A stretch of DNA of 64,000 bases, taken from NCBI GenBank assembly GCA_964016885.1, contig OZ024745.1, positions 52,390,001 to 52,454,000 of the forward strand, written 5' to 3'. Positions 38,004 through 52,340 of this stretch are shown here, piece by piece. The notes below the pieces were generated by a model. It saw nothing but the letters and a program-made list of their open reading frames with translations. It was not told the origin of the DNA and did no database searches. Both the position numbers and the translations under genes were made by a program. Source of the DNA: Eledone cirrhosa. Taxonomy: Eukaryota. Within the stretch, counting starts at the first letter, position 1; each line of letters starts with the position of its first letter.

Positions 38004-39805
38004 AGAGGAAAACATGATGAGTGTTTTTATCACTGGATAAAACTCGCCTTCGTATTGAAGTGTAATTGTTTAGAATTCTGCCACGTGTACCATAATTCTT
38101 AGTGAGATTAGCCGTAACACTGTTTTAAAAGATTGACCCTTTGCATGTTATATACAATCCCACTGCTTCATCCTGGAGATGAATAGCTCTGCACTGGACT
38201 TGGTCAGACCCATATCCCTGACAAAGTCGTTGACTTCTTTTTGGTTTGGGAAGTGAGGAACTTTTTCTGGTACCCCAGTATCAATAAATTTCTTTGATCC
38301 ACTTTTTAACAATTTTATTCTTTATTGCACTTTTATAATTTTCTTTAGGTATTACTCTTTATTTTATAATGTTAATTTAACCTGAAACATATGTAAACAA
38401 ATCATTTAACATAAGCAAATTAAACTTACATACAACGTAAAATCCAGCATACAAATAATTCTAGCGAATAGCTTAGAATTTTTACAAACGCAAACTTTTA
38501 ACTGTTTAATAGCACTTTTTTATTTATTTGGGACCGAAGCAACACAAAAAAGTGATTACAAGCCAGGAGCAGAGAAAACAATTTTTTTTTGTTACACGGT
38601 GTAATCGAACCATTAGAAATATATTTTAAAGATATGTCAAATATACCCGTATTTTTTTAAAATATATTCCTAAAAGTTTCGCTGTGAGACCATCAACCAC
38701 TTAAGTTTTAATGACAAATCACTGAGATGCATGTTAGCTCAATTGAATGGAATATGTTAATAGCTTGAATGTTGACGACTGAAGCCCCATGCTTACCATC
38801 ATATAAATGTCTTAACTCATTTCATTGCTTATCTAGATTAACGCATGTTATTTGTGGGTTTGAATTCCATTTATTTTTATGATCCGAAAATATGAAAAAT
38901 ATGAATTCATCTCAAACATTGCATTGAATTTTTCCTTAGTATAATCATGTGTTAGTATAATCAACTTTGTGTTATTTTATTATAAAATCATAATATATAT
39001 GTCTAGTTTAAGGGGTTAAACGTATGTTAAATCATACATTATGTGTAATTTATAAACATGATAATTATGTGTAATTTATAAACACAAAGCTGACTGTAAT
39101 GACAGCAAATAATAAATGACCTTCTCACGACAAATTTCTTTCATTTTTTTTTGTATTTACTATGCAATTTAATTTTCATTTGAATTTTTTATTTCATCTC
39201 TTCAATTATAAGTAGATTTATGTTATTGGATTTATTTTCCTCAATAATTCCGGTGAAAAAAAGAGGTTTCAAATATGTATGCTCCGCACCTGCCTATCAT
39301 ATTCTCCGGGGGTATCACGCTGCCTTGGAAAATGAACCAGTATCTACTACATCTCATTCAATATATCTTAGCTCTTGAAGAAATAAACACCCATAAATAG
39401 TATGGTAGATTCTTCAATTATTAGTTCTTCCAATAAGAATTCATTCCCATATGAAACCATGATAAGGAGCTCAACATATCAATGAGTTTAGACAGAATTC
39501 CGTTTTTGCCCGTCTTGTTTATACTCCCATAATTAGCGTTTTTTAATATATAATACTGCTTCTCTGAGATATTTCTCTCATTGAGATGTTTAAGTATTAG
39601 AGACTAATAACAAAGGGTCTTTCGACTGCTGTCTCTAGCAACATTATAAACCTGTCAAGTAGACCTAATCAGCTGGAGGTTTCTGATTAACGAAGCACGG
39701 CAGGGATAGAATATTTTTTTCTTTATCTTGTTTACACTCTCGTAATTAGAGTCTTTTCTCAATTAATTTTAATTTTTTATTTTTAATATATATATATATT
39801 AAATA

Positions 39806-39874
<69 letters not shown>

Positions 39875-40248
39875 TATGTACACGCACATACATATATGTA
39901 TACATACGTACAGTAGTATGTATATATATATATACATACATGCACACATATATACATGTACGTATGGATTCACCGAACATTTATTATAATGCTCGGTGTG
40001 TTTGTAAACAAATATCCCGTATTAAGCCGTAGTGTCTAGCAACTACCGTTGCTCGTTTATTCAACACTGACAAAGGAACGCTGTACTAGGTTCAAGCTTA
40101 TTAGCTATCGTCAGCTAATACCTTCCTGCCAGATGATTGAACGTCCGAAAGTATATAAATGTATGTACACGTACATACATATATGTATACAGACGTACAG
40201 TAGTATGTATATATATATATATATACAGGAAGACATGATATATATATA

Positions 40249-40348
40249 TGGTGGCTGCCAACTCGTTTTCGAGTACGGCCACTACTTTATATCCATGTAG
40301 GAGAAACCCTACCGATGCGCTGAACCAGTGTGGTTTTTTTAGTCCAGC
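40249..40348 (-). mobile_element. 3' terminal fragment of the RTE-derived element at 11243
   Basis: tggtggctgccaactcgttttcgagtacgg is the reverse complement of 11819-11848. Confidence 0.85.
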
Positions 40349-40350
40349 TC

Positions 40351-40395
<45 letters not shown>

Positions 40396-41636
40396 AGTAT
40401 GTCTGTGTGTGTATTTACCTCTCTATTTTTGTATGTTTAGTGATTTAAAGTTCAGCCATGCGCATTTACAGCTAATGGTAGTGCCGTGCTTGTCCAACTT
40501 TATTGGGACTTCTACTGAGTGAATGTCAGGAAAGCAAACTTCAGTGGTTCAGAAGAATGAAGTAGAATATAACATCAAAATAATCCACCATTTTCCTTTA
40601 CTACTTCAGTAAGTGTCATAAAGAAATATCCACACTCAAATATTGTAACACTTGTATATGGATATGTATGTGTCGTGTTTCATGGTGTAAAATGCGTCTA
40701 ACTATTTGAATGCATCAAAACAGTTGCAGTGATTTATCACTTTAGAAATACATGTCCTGTATAATGCTAACATTTACAAATGTTTCTCAATTTATATGTA
40801 TTAATGTATTTCGATTTTTTAAATTATCTTTACTATTCCTAATATATATATATATTTTTATGCGTGTGTTTTTGTGTGTGTATGTTTGTGTTTATGTGTG
40901 AGTGTGAGTGGGTATGAGTGTGTATGTTACATAGGCTAATCTAGATAAAAGTTATGAAGCAGAACGCGGCCTGCTGTGGCTGGCAGCCAAATACTGGATA
41001 TGCGTTGGCGAAGATGATAAAATTGATCTAAGTACCCGATATATCTTCAATGGTTTCTATGCCTCCCTCTCCTTCCATTTTATTTTGTTTCGAATTGTAT
41101 GCAAGAATTCGTGTATAATTTAATCGACTACTATGCCACGGCTCTGGTACATCTAAAGTCTAGCTAGCTACATTGAGTCAATTCAGGCAATGCAAACATA
41201 TATGATTCGAAACTCTTTCGTATTTTATGCAAAATTTGACGGGGAGCCATCAGATCTGTGATATCAAACAAGTTCGCTTTGCATTATCCTTTCATCCTCA
41301 ATTTACTAAGTAATGATACATGCGGGAATAAATATATTAATATAATTGCCATCTGAGAATTAAAAAAAAAATATTGAGGTTAAATACACACACTGTGCTA
41401 TATAAATGATGACATAGTATTTGTATAAAATGACTGCCTTTTGATCTTTATATAAGTGCTACCTACACACAATTTATGCTCAGATTTTGTTATATAAGTT
41501 TAATGATCTCCTATGTTTATATATAACTTGTTCCTCAATATTGTCCACGTTAAATTATCAAAAACCTAAATACTGAATATTCTTCAGGGAATCATATAAA
41601 TGAATACTGCCATGTCTTTGTATAGTCACCAGTATC

Positions 41637-41740
<104 letters not shown>

Positions 41741-42327
41741 CACACATGTATACGTATTTCCATGATAAATGTTATGTGACAGATAGGATCCTGTCAGACA
41801 GGTATTACATGTACAACAATCTACATGAATACAAATAACATGGACAGAAAAAGGATGAATGAAATATGCTAGCAGATCTTTGTTGAAATAATTCTAATAA
41901 CCCGCTTGTGGCATATCACGGAATGTAAACTGCATGAATAATATGTATTCGTTTAAATGTTGCTCTTGTTATTTCTATTTATGTATTTTATATTGTTGTA
42001 ATTTCTTTCCTTGCAATTTCCTCTTGTGTTGTTAGAGCAATATTCCGTGTACTCAGATTTACATATATACTTCGTGGAGTGCTCCATCCTGCAAGCACAT
42101 GTGTCAGTTGATCAGTTAAAATAAAACATACCATGTAAATATGCATATATATATATATATATATTTGAGTTTCAGAAGATCCCTTTAAGAGTGAAAGCAG
42201 CGATTCTTTGCTTAAACTTTAATCTTTTATTTTAATAAATATTTGCTCTAGGGTTCTTATATATTTGATATATATTTATCCTTATCGAGTCCTCTTTTGA
42301 TTTTAGTCTTCACATTTATTATTATTA

Positions 42328-42368
<41 letters not shown>

Positions 42369-42372
<4 letters not shown>

Positions 42373-42569
42373 AACAAGTATGACCACGATGGCAGAGCTC
42401 AAGCCGTTTTGACGGCTAATTCTAGACTCTGCGTCCATAATTAGCCGTCGAAACGGCTTGAGCTCTGCCGTCGGGGTCATACTTGTTCCTATTACCCACT
42501 CTACTACCCTAAGTATTGAGTACTTTGGTGCGTTATCGTCCATCTGGTTCCTTACCACATTTCCTTTGT

Positions 42570-42572
<3 letters not shown>
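42369..42572 (+). mobile_element. (TA)n-inserted hairpin element (palindrome 42369-42492 plus tail)
   Basis: taggaacaagtatgacc...gacggctaatt / aattagccgtc...ggtcatacttgttccta; same family as 50120. Confidence 0.88.
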
Positions 42573-42600
<28 letters not shown>

Positions 42601-42915
42601 TATAACCAAGACTCAACTAGAGATGTTTACATTACAGTAAATTATGTATGAGAATAAAGACACACCAGAGGCAACAGCTGAAAAGAAAAAGGAATGTAAA
42701 AATGATTTGGAAAATAAAATATAGCGTTATAGGTTTAGGGAGGCAGGATCAATGAACATTTCATAATCATCCCTTTCGGTGCTGCAAGGTATAAATATCT
42801 TAATTTTAAGGAATACCTCCGATCCATTTATCTATCTATCTATTACCTAAATATCTATCTATCTAGCTATTTGTAACTCTCTCACACACTCACACACACC
42901 CCCCACACACACATA

Positions 42916-43019
<104 letters not shown>

Positions 43020-43361
43020 TTATCTATTTTCCAGCTTTAATTCAAATTCCAACGATACACATCACGTAGAGTCCAACAATTTCTTTTTCTCATATGTTTG
43101 TTGTACTTGCATACATGCTTATATCGATGTGGTGACGCAGATTTGTAAAGGAAATATTATTGATTTTTATATAGATTTGTTGTGTCCTTTTCTCAGATCA
43201 TTGTAAATTAGTAAAATCTTGGGATTCCCACATGCCTCATTTATGTGTTAGATATTGACCGTATTCAGATATATATAACCGTGCGTGTTGCTACTACTGA
43301 AGTAAGAGATTGAAGAATTAAAGAATTATACACACACACACACATACACCCACACCCACAC

Positions 43362-43414
<53 letters not shown>

Positions 43415-43616
43415 TATATAAATGGAAGATCTATTCCCATACATGTTTCACATGTGTTGGATAGCAATGTAGTGTAGTTTGTAGATCACCATTTTGTTTG
43501 TCTACGAAACAAATATTCCTATAACATGTATTGATTATATGATTCGACACTTTTGACCGCCTCGTGGGGTACGTTTAATGATAATATGTAAAAGCACACA
43601 CACTCACATACAGGCT

Positions 43617-43673
<57 letters not shown>

Positions 43674-43999
43674 TCTTATATGTGTGTATGTATGTATGCT
43701 TTCTTAGACAGATATTTTCACTGCAACTAGGGCATAGATACACATGTTATTAGTATATTATGTTACTCTAATAGGGTTAACATTGGAATCAGCCTGTATC
43801 ACACTTTGGGTGAAATACAACATATCTAAATTGTTTTGCTCTTCTATTATCCACGTGATCCCCCCTGCCCAATATATAATGAGTGATATCACCCATGTAT
43901 CGATAGCTTCCATCTTATACCTTCCATTCCGTTTCAATTTCAGAATAATTGTCTATCTGCGCATGTATTCCCACCTTAACTTTCGTTTCATTTCCACCT

Positions 44000-44720
44000 G
44001 CATTATCAACTTCCAATATTCCTAATTATTCATATTCTTCCTCTTTTATTTGCTTCATAACCTTTCCTGATTACAGAACCAAACCTTAATGTTGTTAGTT
44101 TTGCCTCAGTTCAAGATTAACTCAACACACTTTCTTAATCCGAATTCCATTCTGATATCAGCAATAGGTGTTTACACCGTATCATCGAGGGATCAAGATG
44201 GGATACATGCAAGCTTGTGGTCGTGCATGAATAATAAGTGGTTGACTTTGGCTGTCGACCTTTGATTCATACCCAACCTTAACTTTTCTCAAGATCATTG
44301 GCAGTAGCCTCATGCACAATACAAACATCAGTGGTGACAGGCTGCCCCATTGGTATACACTTCTCTTGGTTCCTATTGTTATTAAATTTCTTCAATATGC
44401 TGTCAGTTCAATCTTCCATTCCTTCATACTTTTCCTTAAGAATCGTTCGACATTTGATGCAATACCAAGTAGGTTAAAACATTCCACAATTTAAGAGTGC
44501 AGAATCATGTCATAGACTTTACAGTAATCGATGCATGCTAGTCACGTTGATTTTCCTCCACTTGCTGTTCTTAAGCATCGTTTTATCTATCAAAGGCTGG
44601 TCCTTGGTACCTCTGCTCCATTTCTGATCATTTGGCCGGACTCCTTATTCTTGAAGATGACCGTATATTGAGTCTGCTCTTATTCCACTCAATAATTTCA
44701 CAAAAATGATAAGTCTGTAC
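44000..44720 (-). pseudogene. Degenerate non-LTR retrotransposon RT fragment, R4/Dong-like
   Basis: Minus strand RGTKDQPLIDKTMLK, ACIDYCKVYDMILHS (AWIDYxKAYD.VPH), GSLSPLMFVLCM, KVNHLLFMHDHKL (HLLFMDDLKL). Confidence 0.75.
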
Positions 44721-45953
44721 TCTGAATAGTCTATCTTACTGTTAATGCTTTATTATTATTATTGGAAAAGGAAGTGCTGGCTTCTAACCAGTTTTCTGAA
44801 AGGTGAGTGAGGGTGGCGAGCATTGTCCGTGCGAATGGGCCTGCCTTGAGCATAGGCCAGTGGATTGGAGTAGAAAAACTGGGGAAGGGAACTTTGCAGT
44901 AGCGGAAATGGTGATGTAGCTTTTGTGGAATTTCTACTCGATTGACCCTTAGAGTCTCCTCGCCTTTGTGGAATTTGTTATGTTTCTTTTAAATACCTAT
45001 TTTCGTAGTCTCTGTTATAAGTTTTATTTTACACATAAAAACTCACACTGTATTTTCCTGTACCGTCTTTAATGTTTCCTGAATATGAGCCATGTGAGGT
45101 AAATAAAGAAATTAGTATTATTATATTTTTTTTTCCTTATTTTTTTGAATAAGAAATATATTTAAAAAAGGCAGTGAAGCATCGTGTGGCATAAAAATGC
45201 AACTCTGAAATAACATTGCAAAACTAACCGAAAATAATTCTAAAAGCCTGTAGCGGACGTGTTAATGTTATACGCTGGGAAAAAATGCAATTCTCTAAGC
45301 AGTAGAGGGAATTATATAAGGAAACATACAGACAGTAATCCTATTTCGTATAGCTGGGGAATTTCTTTGCATTCCATTATGTTTATGGGAGATCTTTTGA
45401 AATTTGTTATTGGTTATCTATCAGCAGCTTTTATTTGCTTTTTATTGCTTAGTATATGATTTACTATATCGTGGCAAATGGATGCGTTGCATGTATACAT
45501 TTGTAACCAAGGAGAAAATAAAACAAGTTTTTCTTTATATATTTTTAAATATTGCATGTCGGGAGAAAGCAAGTCGTAAAATTATGTTTTTCTTGTTGCA
45601 AATTATAAAATAACAATAAGATAGTTACATGAACCAAACCCAAAATAATAAGTGAATACGTGATTTTGCTAGTCTTTTATAAACGTATCTATGTAAATTG
45701 AATGTACTTGTTGTTTTTTTTTATCTCTTGTTTCTATATTTTTTGGTCCGCTTCAATTATTCTGCGTATCACCGGTAAATAGCAAATAGGTTTTGTAAAA
45801 AGACAACGTTCCTTCAATTATTGTTTACTATAGAAAATCTGAGCGGTGAGATGTAATTGAGCCAGTGAAGTGAAAGAATATATAATTCGCTGCAAGTTAT
45901 CTGAAACATATGGCACTGAAATGGCTAACATATCTATTTTTCAAATAAGCTAC

Positions 45954-46031
<78 letters not shown>

Positions 46032-46045
46032 GTGCGTGTCTTGTG

Positions 46046-46097
<52 letters not shown>

Positions 46098-46557
46098 CTA
46101 TCACACCCAAGAAAGGGCAAGGAAACATTTAACGTTCGACAGAATTGCGGTATAAATCGCTTACATGTAGATAAATTAAATTTTTGATGACACGGAAATA
46201 GGTATTGGAAGGAAGGCTATGGGACAAAATGAAAGCTTAAGGAAGTAATTACATATTATATATAGTGTTCTTAAAGAAAATATAACTACCCTTATTAAAT
46301 CGTTCATATAATGAACGGTAGATAAATGTGTTGTCTGCAGTGGTATTATACGACACTCCATATTTTGCTAATGATTATTGTACATAACCATATAGTGTAT
46401 GCCTTCTTATACACTCTTCTTATGAACCATTGTACTTTGATGCTACTGAATATCAGAAGTGCCTGAAAAGTAGTTTACGTTTGAATATTTATGTATATAT
46501 ATGCGTGTGCATATATTTGTATTGCCAACCTAATTAAACGTATATGTAATAGCATGC

Positions 46558-46600
<43 letters not shown>

Positions 46601-46713
46601 TATATATATATATATATGTATAGGCGTGGAGAAATGACCAATAAACACCGTATGCCAATACGGTGCCACTACGACTTCTTCAGATGAAAGAGTAAAGACT
46701 TGTTTTAGAGATC

Positions 46714-46751
<38 letters not shown>

Positions 46752-46754
<3 letters not shown>

Positions 46755-46830
46755 TAACGAAGCAGGTGTTGTAATGAACCAGATGGACCATAACGTTATG
46801 GTCCATCTGGTTCATTACAACTCCGCTTCG

Positions 46831-46890
<60 letters not shown>

Positions 46891-46970
46891 CGAAGCAGGT
46901 GTTGTAATGAACCAGATGGACCATAACGCACCAGAGTACTCAATACATAGGGTAGTAGAGCGGGTGATAT
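46752..46970 (-). mobile_element. Palindromic and linear copies of the 4833/42369/50120 family in (TA)n
   Basis: Perfect centre gaaccagatggaccataac|gttatggtccatctggttc (46752-46836); linear copy 46887-46970. Confidence 0.85.
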
Positions 46971-47319
46971 ATATATGCTGGAGCACTTTCTGGCGTGCAG
47001 AATCCCAGGTGAAAGCCACTGTATGATCATAGCGGACAGAAAAGAGAGATACTTGTTCGGGGGGTAGAATGGGGAAGACACGTCGGAATAGGCATTATAA
47101 TTGGCCAAAGTCACTTCTAGTGGTGGTCAGTTGTCCCCAATAATGGTGACTAACAACGTGGTCAGGAAACCAAGAATAGCAAACGTCTACAGCGCTAGAT
47201 ATTCGAGGGCAATCTTTAGGAGATCAGCCGAAACATCAATAGCTGGTTATCATCTGGTTGTCACGAAAAGAAAGCTAGATATGTTGATTAGTTTGTTCAT
47301 CGTCGGTGAAATCAAACAT

Positions 47320-47346
47320 AAGTAGTAGTAGTAGTAGTAGTAGTAG

Positions 47347-47390
<44 letters not shown>

Positions 47391-47425
47391 CTTGTTGTTG
47401 TTCTTGTTCTTGTTCTTATTCTTCT
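47320..47425. repeat. Compound microsatellite (TAG)n(TTG)n(TTCTTG)n
   Basis: Direct reading. Confidence 0.9.
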
Positions 47426-47612
47426 ATATATATATCGAAGAAAGAGAGAGACAGAGAGATTTTGAGTATATGATGGTTGTTTACCGACACCTCAGTATGC
47501 AGATTCGAGGAATCGACGAAGTATGCAGGTTGGTTTGTTTACTCCGTAGTAATGTAAAATAATTAAGTGAAATATGTAAAAGTTGGCTTCGTTTATTATG
47601 AATTATAGATAT

Positions 47613-47667
47613 ACTGCTATAAACATTTCAGTGACAGCCATCATTGTCTGTGACCTCTTCAGGCAGT
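47613..47667 (-). ncRNA. Type I hammerhead ribozyme, left arm
   Basis: Minus strand actgc CTGAAGA ggtcacagacaatgatggctgtcact GAAA tgttta TA gcagt. Confidence 0.8.
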
Positions 47668-47888
47668 CCGAATTGTTGTGGAAAAGACAGGTACACATGT
47701 AGTTGAAGTGTATTTTATTCCGTCAATAAATCGATATGTCCAGTTCCTGGTCGTGGTGTTATTCCTCTGAGGAACTGGAATCTTATCACAGGAATAACAA
47801 TACAATCAGGAACTGGACATTTCGATGTATTGACGGAGTAAAACACACTTCAACAACATGTGTACTTGTCTTTTCCACACCAATTCGG

Positions 47889-47943
47889 ACTGCCCGAAGA
47901 GGTTACAGCCAATGATGGCTGTCACCGAAATATATATAGCAGT
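47889..47943 (+). ncRNA. Type I hammerhead ribozyme, right arm (core U4C)
   Basis: actgc CCGAAGA ggttacagcca-atga-tggctgtcacc GAAA tatata TA gcagt. Confidence 0.8.
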
Positions 47944-48008
47944 ATATCTATAATTTATAATAAACGAAGCCAAATTTTACATATTTAACTTAATTATTTT
48001 ATATATAT

Positions 48009-48069
<61 letters not shown>

Positions 48070-50087
48070 ATGTCTGTCTGTGAGTGCGTACGCATGTTAT
48101 TTTTTGTCCTATATGTATTTCATAAACAGTACTTTTTTGCGAATTGCGACACTAGTATGCAGTGGTTTTATTGACTATTCTAAAAAAAAACTGTGTATTT
48201 GCTACTTATAATTATTACAAGATATGGCACGCTGCTGATTCTACCAACCAACTTGTCAGTCACAATTAGCGTAGTTAGAAAAGTTCAAACACGTGTAAAT
48301 TTCATTTTTATTCCCTACTAGACTTTCAAAAAATACAAATTAGAAAAACAACTATCTGAAATAAATAGAAACCAGCATTTTTGGTTTTCTTTTAGAGAAA
48401 TATATTTGGCATCCACTCAGCAAGACGTAAGACTTATCAATCAGCTCTATAGACATGACTAAGGGTCTGAAGTGTAAGAAAACACTGTTAAATAGATGGC
48501 TTACAAACTCTATCTGATTGAAAAAAAATTGAAAAAGAATAAAAGAGGAAAACGATTCTTTATTATTGTATGAAATAGAAAGAAGGAAAGAAACATTACA
48601 ACAACAGTTCATTATTGGAACAAAATATATTTTGTGCAACAGACGAATAATAGAAACAATAATACAACCAAGAAATTCAAAATGATAAAAAGTAAGTATA
48701 TTTAACCTGTTATCAATAAATCATTTCAAAACATCTTCTAGACGATTATATTCTGATTCAACTTTTCTATTTTATGAATTACTGTCGTACAAAACTATAA
48801 CATCATTTTAACATGAGGAAGACAATAAATATATTTTTGAAGGTTCGCTATACTAAGTGAGAAGCAGACAGCGTATATGCAAACAGTTGAAGTAAGTTTC
48901 TGCTTATAAACATCTATAAAGTCAGGTATATTTTCGACAAGACACTAGAAACTGTTTCCATATATAATAAAAATTGGGAGAACGCATGATTCATTCAAGC
49001 TTATGTACATGTTTAAATATTTGGAGATAATATGATAGATTTTTCCACAGGATGATAAAGACAAAGCCGTTGAGAACTTACATCCACATTATCTTAGCAT
49101 ATATCATTATCTGAATGTCGACTTATAAATAATTTACGAATGTTTATAGAAATAAACAATATTTTTTTTTTTTATGAGTTAAGCACAGTTGAACAGAATG
49201 CTATTTCCGTGTGGCTCAATCAGGTTTACCACATTAACATATAAGAATATTGTACATAATGGAGTGATTTTTTTCTTAGGAAATATACCCTTGCCAGTGT
49301 TCCTATAATGTAAACATATATTCTGTATTTAATAGTGTATATTCTGTTACTGTAAACAATGAATAATAAGATTTAACGCTTCTGAAGTGCCTAATCCCGA
49401 ATAGAGTGATATTTCAATAATCGCATTTCATAGGCCATTTGTAAGCATGGCCAACTTCCATTCTATATGTAGGTGATGTAATGTATGCAAGTGATAATTT
49501 TTACTGGAAATCCAAGCTTGAATTTGAATGGATCTACATCGAATGACTTCATTGTCGAAACATTTGCAAGTAGTGTAATCTATTTATAAAACAATGAATC
49601 ATAGCAGAAATCAAAATAAAATAAGTAAAGTATAGGACGGGGATAATCATTATCCAATGCATATGTCCTGATATTGAAGGAGTTCTAAGAATACCATTGA
49701 ATCTCATCTATAGATTGTTTTCCGACTGACTTTGAACAATTTCATTCAGTGCTGAATACCCACATCAAGATTTGGCCACTTTACATTAAGTTAAAAGGAA
49801 AAGCTGGTTACAAAATTCATACCAATATAATTCTTGTGCATGGTTTCCGTGAGAGTATTATGGTAAACTGCACAATTGTTTCGAACTGTATATGACACGT
49901 AATACGAATCTTGCGTGACGTTCTTCGTGCATTTGTATATAAAACTGGGTGGCGTTTTTATTCGTGATTACTTGCTCGGCACAGTCGTTAACATAAACTG
50001 AAACAAAGTCCCATCGAACTGCTCATATGTGCATGTATGTATGTATTTAAGTATGCATGTATATATGTATATATCTTTGCATGCGTT

Positions 50088-50119
<32 letters not shown>

Positions 50120-50121
<2 letters not shown>

Positions 50122-50295
50122 GGAACAAGTAAGACCCCGACGGCTGAGCTCAAAGGTCCAGAATTAGCCGTCGAAACGGCTTGAGCTCAGCCGTCGGGGT
50201 CTTACTCGTTCCTATTACCCACTCTACTACCCTACGTATTGAGTACTTTGGTGCGTTATGTTCCACCTGGTTCCTTACCACATTTCCTTCGTTAT
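50120..50295 (+). mobile_element. (TA)n-inserted hairpin element, family of 42369
   Basis: taggaacaagtaagaccccgacggctgagctcaa / ttgagctcagccgtcggggtcttactcgttccta plus shared tail. Confidence 0.88.
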
Positions 50296-50297
50296 AA

Positions 50298-50329
<32 letters not shown>

Positions 50330-50717
50330 CTTTGTTCGATGAGCATAATCTGGCAATAAGGTGATTGTTTCAATACAAATCTTTACTCGTCTAAGTTTCT
50401 GTGGAAAATATATTTGCGAATGCACATATCCGTACCATAATATTGTTATATTTTAAAGAGAATATAAATGGAGAAATCAATGTAACTAAAGGGACATTGC
50501 TAAAGAAGTGGGTATTTATTACGAAACATATGAAATTCTGTATAAATTCAAGTGTTATGAAATAAAAGTGTAAAAACGAAGCGAAAGCAAACTTAATTAT
50601 CACAGGAAGTCCCAGTAGTATGGAAGTTACATTCATTAACGGAAACGAATTTAAGCGATACATGTTTGAAAGTCTCTCACATAAATAAAGCATATATGGG
50701 AATAATGTATGAAATTT

Positions 50718-51111
<394 letters not shown>

Positions 51112-51500
51112 CACTCTCAATCGTATCAACACTGACTGAAAGAATAAACTCTGTAAATACAATTCGATATTGTGAACGTTACAATTACATCATGAGCAAG
51201 AGATTTCATGGGTATGGAGCATAATTTTAAAGAAAATCAATAGAGGTCCAAAAGAGATGTTCTAATTGCGATGCTTACAAACAACTTGGATGCCTTTTAA
51301 ATAGTTCTCGGTTGAGAACATGACAATAATGGAGAAGAAAATTAAGATGACTATAATTTGTATAGTTCATTTCTAATCCATTGAATTGACCATTTCAAGA
51401 TCATGAGGTGGTTCAGAAATTAAAACAATTATTTGAAAAGAAAAGATAAAAAAAGAAACATTAGAATCTATACATTTTGGCCGAGCATCTACTTTATTAA

Positions 51501-51650
51501 GGAGGTGGCAAAATGGCAGATGTGTTAGAATGTCGGATAGAAAGCTTTATGTCATTGATTTCGGATCTCTGACCTCTGAGTTCAAATCCCGCCGATGTTC
51601 ACTTTGCCTTTCATCCTTTCGATGTCAGGAAACAGTACTAGTCTTGTACT
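51501..51650 (+). mobile_element. tRNA-derived SINE
   Basis: A-box-like tggcagatgtg, B box gagttcaaatccc, then tttgcctttcatcctttcg. Confidence 0.75.
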
Positions 51651-51739
51651 TCCTCTATATCATTTCCTCAATTTCTATCGATTTCTAGAATAAATCTGCC
51701 GATTCAGATCCGTAGAGTAGATAGGATCCACCAGGATTT

Positions 51740-52340
51740 AAATTGCCACAGAAACGCTGTATGCCACGACAGCGCCTCTACGTCTCCATTGGAAGTTAGC
51801 GGACAATAAATACCATATTACGTATTCAAGTAACATAATTCTCAGGTTCTGAAGACGATTAATACAGTGTGGGGATTTTTGCAGCTGTTCGGTTGTTAAA
51901 GCATTCTGCAACAACTTGTCGAAATGCTTCAACTCCAATGAATGATATTCATTTGATGAGAGCTCTGGTAAATATATAAGAATGTGAATAGAATTGTAGC
52001 CTATTTTAAAACATTGTCGAGTTTCATATGCTGTCGAGTGTTGTGGTGTAAGAGGATTTGACCTTTTCTATTGATCAATGAAAGCCACATATGCTGCAAT
52101 TTCTTATGTATTTCATCAATTCCGTGACGAAACTCTGCTGTGTTTTTTTAGAAGGATTCAGAAGGTAGAGGATTAAACTGACTGCAGAACACCAAGCATT
52201 CACTATAACCTGAGAGTGGTGCAACCTTAGATTTAGTCAAAGGTTATGCGATTCACTTCAGTCCAAACGCTGCCCAGACGTCGTCAGTTGGTGTATAAGA
52301 ACTTTTCATTGCTCTTACTATTCGATCAATAAATGTGTGG
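51740..52340 (-). pseudogene. Heavily degenerate mariner transposase
   Basis: Minus strand IDRIVR.NEK (DRIVTCDEKW), RKGQILLHHNTRQH (RKGPILLHDNARPH), KHFDKLLQ (KHLDNFL). Confidence 0.7.

Larger units (their letters stand above)
47555..48000. repeat. Fold-back inverted repeat, ~210-bp diverged arms, one hammerhead per arm
   Basis: aaaataattaag...ttggcttcgtttattat / ataataaacgaagccaa...cttaattatttt. Confidence 0.92.

Noticed and set aside
46620-46695. Minus-strand CTGAAGA followed by a long hairpin
   Set aside because: No GAAA/UH half present; at most a truncated ribozyme
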